Source: Collinsella sp. (GTDB taxonomy: Bacteria > Actinomycetota > Coriobacteriia > Coriobacteriales > Coriobacteriaceae). From it: 64,000 nt of DNA. Shown piece after piece: positions 35,606 through 45,030 of the stretch (its first letter is position 1; every line of letters starts with the position of its first letter). The notes under the pieces are model-generated. The model saw only the letters and a program-made list of their open reading frames with translations. It made no database searches and was not told the origin of the DNA. Location of the stretch: contig DBFSAO010000141.1 in NCBI GenBank assembly GCA_048500675.1, positions 3,782-67,781 of the forward strand. The letters are read 5' to 3'. The position numbers were made by a program, and so were the translations under genes.

Positions 35606-36658
35606 TTACGCGACGGTGTAAACCCAGTTGTGCTTGTCCTCGACAGCACCAGACTGGATACCAGTCAGGGTCTCGCGAAGCTTCTTCATCACAGGGCCGA
35701 TCTCGGTGTATCCAGCCGGGAAGGTCACGGTCTCGTCGGCGCCGTAAACCTTGTTGTCGATTTCGCCAACCGGAGAGATGACGGCAGCGGTGCCGCACAG
35801 GCCGCACTCCACAAAGGTGCCGGCCTTGACCTCGGCCCACTCGACGGGGCGCTGGTCAACGGTCATGCCCAGGTCCTGAGCAACCTGAACGAGCGAACGA
35901 CGGGTGATAGAGGGCAGGATGGAGTCGGTGTGCGACTGCGGAACGACGAGCGTGCCATCCTCTTTCACGAACAGGACGTTGGCGCCACCGGTCTCCTCGA
36001 CATAGGTGCGGGACTCGGAGTCGAGATACAGGTTCTCGGCATAGCCCTCGCGATGGGCCTCCATCGTGGGCTTAAGGGACATGGCGTAGTTCAGGCCGGC
36101 CTTGATGTTGCCGGTGCCGTGCGGTGCGGCACGGTCATACTCGGAAACGCGCAGCTTGACGGGCTTGAGGCCGCCCTTAAAGTACGGACCGACCGGGGTC
36201 ACGAGAATGCGGAACGTGTACTCAGGAGCGGGAGCCACGCCGATCACGTCACCGGAGCCGATCATAAACGGGCGCACGTACAGGGTCGCGCCGGAGCCGA
36301 AGGGCGGAACCCAGGCGGCGTTAGCAGAAACGACCTGCTTGACGGCCTCAACGAACTTGTCCTTGGGGAACGGGGGCATCTCGAGGCGCTGCGCAGAGTT
36401 GTACATACGCTCGGCGTTCATGTCGGGACGGAAGCAGACGATACTGCCGTCCTCGGCGGTGTAGGCCTTCAGGCCCTCAAAGACCTCCTGGCAGTAATGG
36501 AAGATGCCGCCGCACTCGGAGACATGCAGGGTGTGGTCGGTGGTCAGGCCGCCCTCGTCCCACTCGCCGTCCTTCCAATGGGCCTCGTAGCTGTAATCGG
36601 TCTTCATGTAGCCAAAGCCGAGGCTACCCCAATCGATATCCTTCTTCTCGACAGTCAT
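35606..36658 (-). CDS. ilvE: Branched-chain amino acid aminotransferase
   Basis: From ATG 36658: MTVEKKDIDWGSLGFGYMKTDY..., with a class IV aminotransferase layout of about 350 aa. The track's 5-prime extension is Arg-rich and rejected. Confidence 0.9.
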   Translation of the reverse strand: MTVEKKDIDWGSLGFGYMKTDYSYEAHWKDGEWDEGGLTTDHTLHVSECGGIFHYCQEVFEGLKAYTAEDGSIVCFRPDMNAERMYNSAQRLEMPPFPKDKFVEAVKQVVSANAAWVPPFGSGATLYVRPFMIGSGDVIGVAPAPEYTFRILVTPVGPYFKGGLKPVKLRVSEYDRAAPHGTGNIKAGLNYAMSLKPTMEAHREGYAENLYLDSESRTYVEETGGANVLFVKEDGTLVVPQSHTDSILPSITRRSLVQVAQDLGMTVDQRPVEWAEVKAGTFVECGLCGTAAVISPVGEIDNKVYGADETVTFPAGYTEIGPVMKKLRETLTGIQSGAVEDKHNWVYTVA

Positions 36659-36887
36659 ATGTCGCTCCTTACATACACAGTTGCAAACTCGCGAACCCGT
36701 ACGCAAGGACCGAGGCCGGCCGCGTCGCAACGTCGCACGCCCGGAGCGTAGAGCCGGACGGGACACGCGAACGGCATCAAAGCCGATGGCACGTCGATTC
36801 GCATGCACGAGATTGTACTCCCCGCACGCGTCTGATAAAACGCTTTTCTTTAACTAAGTAAAGTATTTTCATTTGACCGAAACTAAA

Positions 36888-36919
36888 GAGGCCCGCCACC
36901 GTAAGCGGTGACGGGCCTC
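36888..36919 (-). terminator. Hairpin GAGGCCCGCCACCG-TAA-GCGGTGACGGGCCTC
   Basis: Lies about 30 nt downstream of the dedA-like stop. The minus strand continues TTTAGTTTC. Confidence 0.6.
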
Positions 36920-36947
36920 AACTGCACAGTCTGCGCGCTGGCTCGAG

Positions 36948-37595
36948 CTACGCGTTCTTTTTACCCAGCTTAGCCTTAACCAAGCCGACCACGGTCGGGA
37001 TGATCGACACGGCGACGATGCCGATAATCAGCAGCTCAAAGTGCTCTTGCACAAAGGGAATGCCGCCAAAGAAGTAGCCCAGCAGCGTAAAGACCGTCGA
37101 CCAGGTAATGCCGCCCAACACGTTAAAGATGACAAAGTTGCGCCAGTGCATGCCGCCCATGCCGGCGATAAAGGGCACAAAGGTGCGGATAAACGGGAAG
37201 AAGCGGCCCAGGAAGATGGCCAGGTGGCCCCACTTGTCCAAGAAGTCCTCGGACTTTTTGATGCGCTCGGGCGTCATGGCCTTTACCTTGCCCGAGGCGA
37301 TGATCTTGCGGCCAAAGAAGTGGCCGATCATAAAGTTGCACTGATCGCCCAGGATGGCTGCGGCCCATGCGGTGGCCAGCAGGGCCACGATGTTAAAGCC
37401 ACCGTTGTGGGCAAAGAAGCCCGAAGCAAACAGCAGCGAATCGCCAGGGAGAAACGGGAAGAACACCACGCCTGTCTCGATAAAGATAATCAGGAACACG
37501 CAGCCGTAGGCCATAAGCGGGCCGGCGGCGATCCAGCTGGCAATCGCGGTGCGCGGGTCTTTGAGCAGCTCGGCGATAAAATTGATGAAACCCAT
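36948..37595 (-). CDS. DedA family membrane protein
   Basis: From ATG 37595: MGFINFIAELL... with the FPFLPGDSLLF and GRFFPFIRTFVPFIAG motifs of the DedA/SNARE-associated family. Confidence 0.85.
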   Translation of the reverse strand: MGFINFIAELLKDPRTAIASWIAAGPLMAYGCVFLIIFIETGVVFFPFLPGDSLLFASGFFAHNGGFNIVALLATAWAAAILGDQCNFMIGHFFGRKIIASGKVKAMTPERIKKSEDFLDKWGHLAIFLGRFFPFIRTFVPFIAGMGGMHWRNFVIFNVLGGITWSTVFTLLGYFFGGIPFVQEHFELLIIGIVAVSIIPTVVGLVKAKLGKKNA

Positions 37596-37818
37596 GAAGT
37601 AAAACCTCTCAGTTGTGGGCGCGGATACGTCCAAGTTGACCAGTATACGGTTGCGGTGCCCCCTCGTGCGCAACCCCACAAAAGCATGACTCCATTACCA
37701 GCAAGTTTGCATAACTGACACTTGTAGCGCAAAGCCGCCAAGATTGTCCTTTTTAATCCCTAGCGAATCGCTATACTTTATTGAATCGCATTGCCATGGC
37801 GCTAAGGGAGGGCGGCCG

Positions 37819-38523
37819 GTGAGCTTTATCAATACCATTCGCGAGGACATCAAGACCGTCCAGGCGCAGGACCCCGCCGCGCAAAACGGTCTGGTCATCT
37901 TTCTTTCCTATCCTGGCCTGCACGCCAAGTGGAACCACGTGCCCGAGCACTGGCTGTGGGAGCACGGTCATCGCTCGCTCGCCCGCGTGCTCTCGCAAAT
38001 CACCCGCCACATCACCGGCGTCGAGATTCACCCTGCCGCGCAGATTGGCAAGCACTTCTTTATCGACCACGCCATGGGCGTCGTCATCGGCGAGACCACC
38101 ATTGTGGGCGACAACTGTGTGCTCTACCAGGGCGTCACGCTCGGCGGCACCGGCAACGAGACCGGCAAGCGTCACCCCACCCTGGGCAACAATGTCACGG
38201 TGGGCACGGGCGCCAAGGTGCTCGGCAACATCCGCATCGGCAACAACGTCAAGATCGGCGGCAACTCGGTCGTCGTTAAGGACGTCCCCGACAACTGCAC
38301 CGTCGTGGGCGTGCCGGGACGCATCATCAAGCGCAACGGCTGCCGTGTGTTCGAGGAGAGTTTCGACGCCAAGCAGCATCGCGAGTACATGCCCGATGAC
38401 GCCGCCGAGCAGTCCGCCCTCAACCGCCAGGGCATCACCGAGAATGCCCGCCGCGTCAAGGAACTCGAGCGAGAGGTGGCCGAGCTCAAGGCCCTCGTCG
38501 CCAAGCTCGTGGACGAACGCTAG
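37819..38523 (+). CDS. cysE: Serine O-acetyltransferase
   Basis: Contains [46 protein letters not shown] (hexapeptide-repeat SAT core). GTG at 37819 is preceded by AAGGGAGG; the track start is TTG at 37744. Confidence 0.85.
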   Translation: MSFINTIREDIKTVQAQDPAAQNGLVIFLSYPGLHAKWNHVPEHWLWEHGHRSLARVLSQITRHITGVEIHPAAQIGKHFFIDHAMGVVIGETTIVGDNCVLYQGVTLGGTGNETGKRHPTLGNNVTVGTGAKVLGNIRIGNNVKIGGNSVVVKDVPDNCTVVGVPGRIIKRNGCRVFEESFDAKQHREYMPDDAAEQSALNRQGITENARRVKELEREVAELKALVAKLVDER

Positions 38524-38563
38524 GAACGCAAGCGGCACAAAACGACATCGGCATCAACGCAAA

Positions 38564-38600
38564 GGCGCGCCAGGGAATTCATCCCCGGCGCGCCTTATTT
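38564..38600 (+). terminator. Intrinsic terminator GGCGCGCCAGGG-N7-CCCCGGCGCGCC plus TTATTTG
   Basis: GC-rich stem plus T-rich tail, 40 nt after the cysE stop. Confidence 0.7.
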
Positions 38601-38635
38601 GTGATGTGGCAAAGAGACTGTCCCTTTGTCACATT
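38600..38635. repeat. Repeat family S copy 2
   Basis: TGTGATGTGGCAAAGAGACTGTCCCTTTGTCACATT overlaps the stop codon of the ABC gene. Compare 2953-2988. Confidence 0.6.
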
Positions 38636-40637
38636 ATGCGAACTGGCTCAGATAGAGGTCGGCGTAGGCACCCTCGGCAGCCAGCAGCTCCTTATGCGTG
38701 CCCTGCTCGATAATGTTGCCGTGATCCATGACCAAGATCAGGTCGGCGTCCACGATCGTCGACAGGCGGTGCGCGATCACAAAGCTCGTGCGCCCGCGCA
38801 TGAGCGCGTCCATGGCACGACCGATGGCAAGCTCGGTACGCGTATCCACGCTTGAGGTCGCCTCGTCCAGGATGAGAATCGCCGGGTTATTGAGCAGCAC
38901 GCGTGCGATGGTCAGCAGCTGACGCTGGCCCTGGCTGATGCTTTCGGCATCGTTGGCCACGCGCGTGTCGTAGCCCTGCGGCATGGTGCGCACAAAGAAG
39001 TCGACCTGCGCGGCGCGCGCAGCCGCCACGATCTCCTCACGCGTCGCCTCGGGACAGCCGTAGGCGATGTTTTCGGCAATCGTGCCATCGAACAGCCAGG
39101 CGTCCTGCAGCACCATGCCAAACTGCTGCCGTAGCTCGCCGCGGTCCATGCGGCTCGTATCCACGCCGTCGAGCGTAATACGCCCGCCGTCAATCTCGTA
39201 GAAGCGCATGAGCAGGTTGATGAGCGTCGTCTTGCCCGCGCCCGTGGTTCCCACCACGGCAATCTTCTGGCCCGGCTCGGCGGTAAACGACACGTCGTGC
39301 ATAAGCGGCTTGTCGGGCGAATAACCAAAGCGCACGTGCTCAAAGGAGACGCGACCCTCAACGCGACCCGGCAGCTTGGCGGCCTCGTCCGGCAGCGGAT
39401 CGGCCTCCATCTCGGGCTCATCGAGCAGGTCGAACACGCGCTCCGCACTCGCCAACGCGCTCTGCAGCGAGTTGAAGGTAAACGACAGCTGCGTCATGGG
39501 CTCGGACGCCTCATAGATAAACTGGAAGAACGCCTGGAACACGCCGACGGTCATGTGACCGGCAACCAGCATGCTGCAGCCCACCAGCGCAATAACGATC
39601 TGCGCCAAACGGCCGATAAAGCGCACTGCGGGGCCGACAGCATTGATCATAAAGTCGGCCTTGGTGCTCACACGAGCCAGTTCCTTCGAAGCCTCGTGCA
39701 CCTCAGCGGAGCTCTGACGTTCGCGGTTAAACGCGCGGATCACCAGACGGCCCGAATAGCCTTCCTCGACCGCACTCGTAATCTTGGACACCCACTCCTG
39801 GCGCTCGCCCGTCACATCGTGTGTGCGGCGCGAGACGACCTTCGTCACCAGCAGCGACAGTGCCGTAAAGAACAGAAAGACGAGCGTAAGCTGCACGCTG
39901 AACACGAACATCACGCTCACAGCACCAACAACCGTGCCGATCGACACGAGCAGCTGCAGCAATCCGCGCTGCATGCTCTCGGACATCTTGTCCAGGTCGT
40001 TGGTCGCGCGGCTGACGACCTCGCCGGGACGATGCGCGTCAAAATAGGCGAGCGGCAGACGGTTGAGCTTTTGCGCGATGCGGTTGCGCAGGCACAGATT
40101 GAGGCGTTCGGCCACGCTCGACATCAAAAAGCTCTGGAGCGCGTAGAACGAAGCGGCGGCCGTCCAAATCAAAAAGTAGATGAAGATAGTCCTGCCGCAG
40201 TTCTCCCAGGTGATGCTGAAAGTGGTGTCGTTGGCAAACGCCACCTGAATGTGGCCCCACAGCTCATCGATCACGCGGGCGCTATATGCCGGCGCGGCGG
40301 TGTTAAAGATGACATAGAACACAATGCTCGCGAACACGATATAGAAGCGCCAATGGTCGCCGGCAGCCTCACTCCACAGGCGGCGCACCGTCGCCCAGGT
40401 ATCCCGAGGCGTCTCGTCCTCGTCTTCGTCGTCCACGTCGCGCATACGCTCTGCCTCGGCGCGGGCGCGCTCGTCCTCGGCACGTTCGTTTTCCTCGTAG
40501 AGCGCTTGGCGGCGAGCCTCGCGCTTGGCGGCGTCATCCAGCTCGGTCGACGCGGCAGCCGTTTCCTCGACCAGTCCCGCGGCAGCGGCGTCATCAACGC
40601 CGCCCTGCTTCTTGAGCTCCCCGGTCATGCTACTCAC
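38634..40637 (-). CDS. ABC transporter, fused permease/ATP-binding subunit with acidic N-terminal extension of about 90 aa
   Basis: Walker A GTTGAGKTT, signature ISQGQRQ and Walker B LILDEATS. The N-terminus is rich in E/D/A/R before the first TM. Confidence 0.9.
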   Translation of the reverse strand: MSSMTGELKKQGGVDDAAAAGLVEETAAASTELDDAAKREARRQALYEENERAEDERARAEAERMRDVDDEDEDETPRDTWATVRRLWSEAAGDHWRFYIVFASIVFYVIFNTAAPAYSARVIDELWGHIQVAFANDTTFSITWENCGRTIFIYFLIWTAAASFYALQSFLMSSVAERLNLCLRNRIAQKLNRLPLAYFDAHRPGEVVSRATNDLDKMSESMQRGLLQLLVSIGTVVGAVSVMFVFSVQLTLVFLFFTALSLLVTKVVSRRTHDVTGERQEWVSKITSAVEEGYSGRLVIRAFNRERQSSAEVHEASKELARVSTKADFMINAVGPAVRFIGRLAQIVIALVGCSMLVAGHMTVGVFQAFFQFIYEASEPMTQLSFTFNSLQSALASAERVFDLLDEPEMEADPLPDEAAKLPGRVEGRVSFEHVRFGYSPDKPLMHDVSFTAEPGQKIAVVGTTGAGKTTLINLLMRFYEIDGGRITLDGVDTSRMDRGELRQQFGMVLQDAWLFDGTIAENIAYGCPEATREEIVAAARAAQVDFFVRTMPQGYDTRVANDAESISQGQRQLLTIARVLLNNPAILILDEATSSVDTRTELAIGRAMDALMRGRTSFVIAHRLSTIVDADLILVMDHGNIIEQGTHKELLAAEGAYADLYLSQFA

Positions 40638-42366
40638 CTCCCTTCATTTGCGATTCCGCGATGGCGCGGTACACCTCGCAGGTTTCCATAAGCTCGCCAT
40701 GCGTGCCCAAGCCCACGACCTCGCCGTCCTTGAGCACAACGATCTGGTCGGCATGCAAAATAGTCGAGATGCGCTGCGCGATGATGAGCACCGCGGCGTC
40801 GCGCGTCTCGTCCTGCAGCGCATGGCGCAGGGCCGCATCGGTCTTAAAGTCCAGGGCCGAAAAACTATCGTCGAAGATATACAGGTCGGCGCGCTTCATG
40901 AGCGCGCGAGCAATGGCCAGGCGCTGGCGCTGGCCGCCCGAAAAGTTCGTACCGCCCTGGGCAACCGGGGTATCGAGCCCCTGCGGTTGGTCGAGTACAA
41001 AGGTGCTCTGGGCAACCTCAAGCGCGTGAAGCATGTCGCCCTCGGTCGCGCCTTCGTTACCAAAGCGAAGGTTGCTCGCCACCGTGCCCGAGAACAGCCA
41101 CGCCTTCTGCGGCACATAGGCAATGCGCCCGCGGATTTCATCTTGCGTAAGCTCGCGCAGGTCCACACCATTCAGGCGAATGGAGCCCTTGGTGGCATCG
41201 TGGAAGCGCAGCAGAAGCTTTGCCACCGTCGATTTGCCCGAGCCTGTCGAGCCAACGATCGCAGTCGTCTGACCGCGACGGCAGGCAAAGCTCAGGTCGC
41301 ACAGGGTGTCCTCGTCGGCATCGTCAAAGCGAAACGACATGTGGTCGAACACAGCCACCGCATCGGCTTCGTCTTGGGGCTCGCGCGCCCCGTCATCCAG
41401 CGTGCGCTCGCCATCGACGATGCTCGGCTCAATCTCCAACACCTGCTGCGCACGGTTCAGGCACGCGGCAGCACGCGGAAGCGTCAGCACCACCATCTGG
41501 GCCATCATCACAAAGAACAGGATCAGAATTGCATACTCCAGCACCGCCGAGATACTCGCAATCTGCATGGCGTGGGCGCCTACGCGGTTGCCGCCCACCC
41601 ACAGCACCGCCACCTCGGCGATGTTCATCAAAAAGAAGCTTGAGCTGTCGAGGCCCACAAACAGGTGGTTGACTTTGATGGCGTTGGCGGCGTATTCGCT
41701 AAACACCTCGTCCAGACGCCGTTCCTCGTGGCGCTCCTTGTTAAACGCACGGATGACGCGCACGCCCACAATATTCTCGCGCAGCACCACGTTCATGCGG
41801 TCGATAAAGCCCTGTAGGCGCATAAAAATCGGCGCCGCGTTGGCAACCGTAAAGACCGCCGCCACCAGCACAATCGCAACGACTACGCCCAGAAGCGTGC
41901 CCATGGCGGGATCGATAAACCAGGCGAAGATGATGCCCGCCACAGCCAAAAACGGCACGGGCAGCACCAGCTGAATCGTCTGCAGAATCGCCTGCTGAAT
42001 CACGTTGATGTCGTTGAGCGAGCGCGTGATCATCGATCCGGTGCCAAAGCGCTCAAAATCGCTGGCCGCGAGCTCGAGCGATTTGTCGTACACGGCATTG
42101 CGGATATCGCAAGCCACGTTGGCGGCCAGGCGTGCCGAAAGATAGCAGCCCAGCACCGTGCCGCCGCTAGCCATGCTGGTCGCGATAAACATGTATAGGC
42201 CGTTGCGTAAAATGTAGTCGATATCGCCCGTGGTAATACCGGTGTTGACCATGTTCGCCAGCATCGTGGGAACCAGCAGCGTACCGACGTTATCCACCAG
42301 CAGCACCAGCAGCGTCACTGCGACAAGCCCTCGATAGGGCTTCAAAAACCTCATTAACAGTCGCAC
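40630..42366 (-). CDS. ABC transporter, fused permease/ATP-binding subunit (partner)
   Basis: Walker A GSTGSGKST, signature FSGGQRQ and Walker B YIFDDSFS. It overlaps the downstream partner by 8 nt. Confidence 0.9.
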   Translation of the reverse strand: MRLLMRFLKPYRGLVAVTLLVLLVDNVGTLLVPTMLANMVNTGITTGDIDYILRNGLYMFIATSMASGGTVLGCYLSARLAANVACDIRNAVYDKSLELAASDFERFGTGSMITRSLNDINVIQQAILQTIQLVLPVPFLAVAGIIFAWFIDPAMGTLLGVVVAIVLVAAVFTVANAAPIFMRLQGFIDRMNVVLRENIVGVRVIRAFNKERHEERRLDEVFSEYAANAIKVNHLFVGLDSSSFFLMNIAEVAVLWVGGNRVGAHAMQIASISAVLEYAILILFFVMMAQMVVLTLPRAAACLNRAQQVLEIEPSIVDGERTLDDGAREPQDEADAVAVFDHMSFRFDDADEDTLCDLSFACRRGQTTAIVGSTGSGKSTVAKLLLRFHDATKGSIRLNGVDLRELTQDEIRGRIAYVPQKAWLFSGTVASNLRFGNEGATEGDMLHALEVAQSTFVLDQPQGLDTPVAQGGTNFSGGQRQRLAIARALMKRADLYIFDDSFSALDFKTDAALRHALQDETRDAAVLIIAQRISTILHADQIVVLKDGEVVGLGTHGELMETCEVYRAIAESQMKGGE

Positions 42367-42854
42367 GACTCCCCCTCACCTTGATTCTCGGCTTGGCTCT
42401 CGGCAGCGATATGCTGCTTAAAGGCATCGCACTCATCGCCGAGCACCTGAGAGAATTTGCCGATCAAGCGCATAATCTCGCGCTGCTCACATGGCTCAAG
42501 CGCGCCAAAGGCTCGCTGCTCGGCCTTGAGTGCCGGCAGCGCATAACGCTCGGCAAATCGCCTGCCCTCTTCGGTCAGGCTCACAACCTTGTTCTTACGA
42601 CTGCCTTCGGCAAACCCCAACGTTGCGAAGCCCCGCGCCGTCAAGGTTTTAATTGCCGAGTTGATGGTCTGCTTGCTGTAGAACCATTCGCTTGTCAGAC
42701 GGCTTACGGCAATACTGCCGCCCGCTGCACTCGTGTCGACGAGCATCCAGTAGGCGCAGTCCGAAAGGCCGCAGGCGCGCGAGAACTCCGAATAGATATG
42801 GTCGAGTCCATTGAGCAACCGATCGAAGTCGACCAGCGTAACCGCACTATTCAT
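42354..42854 (-). CDS. MarR family transcriptional regulator
   Basis: A winged-helix region of about 166 aa (SRLTSEWFYSKQTINSAIKTLTARGFA). It overlaps the first ABC gene by 13 nt, so it is likely co-transcribed. Confidence 0.75.
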   Translation of the reverse strand: MNSAVTLVDFDRLLNGLDHIYSEFSRACGLSDCAYWMLVDTSAAGGSIAVSRLTSEWFYSKQTINSAIKTLTARGFATLGFAEGSRKNKVVSLTEEGRRFAERYALPALKAEQRAFGALEPCEQREIMRLIGKFSQVLGDECDAFKQHIAAESQAENQGEGESCDC

Positions 42855-42872
42855 CTATCCCACCATTCAATT

Positions 42873-42930
42873 GTCCGATTTTTGACCAATTATGTGTCTC
42901 TAGATTAGTCCGAGTTTTGACTATCGTCAA
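42873..42930. promoter_or_regulatory. Candidate MarR operator boxes
   Basis: Direct repeat GTCCGATTTTTGAC (42873-42886) / GTCCGAGTTTTGAC (42908-42921), the second overlapping the palindrome TTGACTATCGTCAA (42917-42930). They lie 20-75 nt upstream of the marR start. Confidence 0.3.
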
Positions 42931-43035
42931 CAGGCTCTCCGCAAATGCGTGCATTTTTATGGCCTATCGGCAGAAAAAGACCGCCGGCGCGGGGGCGGCG
43001 CCAGCGGTCACGTGAAAATCGGGTTTTATTGCCTG

Positions 43036-43326
43036 TTAAGCGGCGACGGCCTCATAGACCGTAGCGCCCGAGAAGCTGTCATGCAGGCTCTTGCCGGCAA
43101 TCCACGGCAGCTCGACGACCTCGCAGACCGTGTTGACCAACTCAGAACAGTCAGTAAAGTGGCCCTTGTCGTTGAGGGCCTCGCAATCCTGAACACGCCA
43201 ATAGCCATCGGTGTGCGTGATGTAGTACTCGTGATCGTTGATCGACACGAAAGCGCGCGTCTTGGAACGCAGCAGCTTCAGAAATCCTTCGAAATCGGTC
43301 TCGACGACATCTCCAGCCTGGAACAT
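43036..43326 (-). CDS. Hypothetical protein (96 aa), no recognised family
   Basis: ATG at 43326 is preceded by AGGAGGT. The composition looks like a soluble protein. The track start at 43362 is rejected. Confidence 0.5.
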   Translation of the reverse strand: MFQAGDVVETDFEGFLKLLRSKTRAFVSINDHEYYITHTDGYWRVQDCEALNDKGHFTDCSELVNTVCEVVELPWIAGKSLHDSFSGATVYEAVAA

Positions 43327-43620
43327 GATGTTACCTCCTGGCCCGGCGCCACCACGGCGCATTGATAAACGTTGGTACTCCTTTAGTAAAACCTTTATCA
43401 GAGGTTATGCGTTCGTCATTTAGGCAAGTGGTAAAAAACCGCAGGGTAGACGGGATAAAACGTTTAACCATCCCATTTGTTTGTCACATTCTGAAGGTAC
43501 TTTTATGCAAACCTACTTTCCCAATTGGAATCTATCCTTTTGGCCGGGCAATTGACCGTCTATCGTTTGAGCCCGACGGGTATGAACGGGGCATCTGCAA
43601 CGCCACCGCAAGGAGACACC

Positions 43621-44142
43621 ATGGAGACTATCGAAGCACTCATTCACCGCCGCAGCTGCCGCAACTACAGCGATCGTCCCGTCGAGGCCGAAAAGCTTGC
43701 ACGTATTATCGAAGCCGGCCAATATGCACCGAGCGGCATGGGCCGCCAGCCGGTGACGTTTGTCGCCGTCACCGACCCCGCGACCGTCGAGCGTCTCTCG
43801 CAGCTCAACGCGCAAGTCATGGGCAGCAACAGCGACCCCTTCTATGGCGCCAAGACCGTTGTGGTGGTGCTGGTTGACCGCAGCGTGCCCACACATCTGG
43901 AAGACGGCTCGCTCGCCATGGGCAACCTGCTCAACGCTGCCTATGCGCTGGGCGTTGATTCGTGCTGGATTCATCGCGCCCACGAGGTTTTCGATTCGCC
44001 CGAGGGCCTGGAGCTACTGGCCAGTTGGGGTCTACCCGCCGACGGCAGCCTGCGCGGTGTCGGTCACTGCATTCTGGGCTATGCCGAGGACACGCTGCCC
44101 GAGCCCAAACCCCGCCGCGACAACGTGGTCTACGTAAGGTAA
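43621..44142 (+). CDS. Nitroreductase family protein
   Basis: From ATG 43621 (AAGGAGA upstream): METIEALIHRRSCRNYSDRPV..., a typical nitroreductase N-terminus; about 173 aa. Confidence 0.8.
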   Translation: METIEALIHRRSCRNYSDRPVEAEKLARIIEAGQYAPSGMGRQPVTFVAVTDPATVERLSQLNAQVMGSNSDPFYGAKTVVVVLVDRSVPTHLEDGSLAMGNLLNAAYALGVDSCWIHRAHEVFDSPEGLELLASWGLPADGSLRGVGHCILGYAEDTLPEPKPRRDNVVYVR

Positions 44143-44171
44143 TTAGTTCCGCCATTCTACCGAACGGCGGG

Positions 44172-44292
44172 CTCGTTGACGCTGCGCGGGCCGCATTCAC
44201 GCCAATCTGACGTTCAATTTCGAGGGCGCGACCAGAAGGTCAGCGCCCTCTCATTTCACGTCACCTTGGCGCAAATGCGGCTCGCTCGCTTT
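44172..44292 (+). repeat. Intergenic element family Q copy 1 (about 120 bp)
   Basis: GACGCTGCGCGGGC...CAATCTGACGTTCAA...GGGCGCGACC-AGAA-GGTCAGCGCCC...TTTCACGTCACCTTGGCGC...GGCTCGCTCGCT. It aligns with 53678-53795 and the reverse complement of 57497-57615. Confidence 0.75.
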
Positions 44293-44331
44293 TGGCGACT
44301 GACATCGAATGAGCCACTGTCTTGGGCAGCT

Positions 44332-44356
44332 AAAAAAGCCCCGTCCCAAATTAGCT
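44332..44356. repeat. Repeat family V copy 2 (inverted relative to 31382-31406), inside hairpin GGGCAGCTAA / TTAGCTGCCC
   Basis: 25-nt identity AAAAAAGCCCCGTCCCAAATTAGCT. It sits directly downstream of the 44371-44946 gene. Confidence 0.65.
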
Positions 44357-44370
44357 GCCCCACTCGCAAC

Positions 44371-44946
44371 TTATCCCGCCGATGGAGTTATTGCCGTTTC
44401 GCTCGTCTGATTCGCATCGACGTCGTCGCCTTGCTTGTCTTCGTCCTTTTGCGCATCGGCGATGGTGGAGGCCGCCGCGACGATGCCGCGCTGGGGCGCG
44501 ACGCCCGTCTGGGCCTGAGCGCCCTCGACAACTTCTGTACCTACATGCGCGAGCTCGGGCGATTTAAACATTGTGTCCAAGTTGGCGCCACCGCCGGCGT
44601 AGCCAAGCGCAGCGAGTGCGATGACGATCACTGCAACGGCGGCCACGATCGGCACGTAGCGATGCCAGCCGGCGGGATTGAGCCCGCTGCGGCGAGCCGC
44701 CCCGCGGCTGATGTAGCCGAGCGTTCCGTCGTGCTTGAGCTTTGAGCCCACCACGCGTTTGCGGCCCCACAGCGAGGACTCTGCCTGCATGGCCAAGCGG
44801 GCGCTTGCCGAAGGATAGCCGTATTTAGTGCGCTTGAACGAGCCATCAAACCCCGAGGCGTGTTTGCCCCACGTCACCGATGTCGTGCGTCGGTTAACCG
44901 GCGCGGCGCTCCGCCTTCTGCGGCTCGGTTTTGAAGTCTCAGCCAT
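44371..44946 (-). CDS. Hypothetical single-pass membrane protein (Arg-rich cytoplasmic N-terminus, one TM, acidic C-terminus)
   Basis: From ATG 44946: MAETSKPSRRRRSAAP..., with TM helix YVPIVAAVAVIVIALAALGYA. No family recognised. Confidence 0.5.
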   Translation of the reverse strand: MAETSKPSRRRRSAAPVNRRTTSVTWGKHASGFDGSFKRTKYGYPSASARLAMQAESSLWGRKRVVGSKLKHDGTLGYISRGAARRSGLNPAGWHRYVPIVAAVAVIVIALAALGYAGGGANLDTMFKSPELAHVGTEVVEGAQAQTGVAPQRGIVAAASTIADAQKDEDKQGDDVDANQTSETAITPSAG

Positions 44947-45030
44947 ATGCCCTCGCACGCCGTAACCAAATCGAAACAATAACGCTTTGGACTGTAGCAC
45001 ACGCGTCGCGCGCGGTCACGGGCGCCTCGC

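Noticed and set aside
38634-42854. Bacteriocin or lantibiotic export locus (MarR plus two ABC half-transporters)
   Set aside because: There is no precursor peptide, modification enzyme, C39 peptidase domain or immunity gene nearby. The architecture fits a generic heterodimeric multidrug-type exporter.
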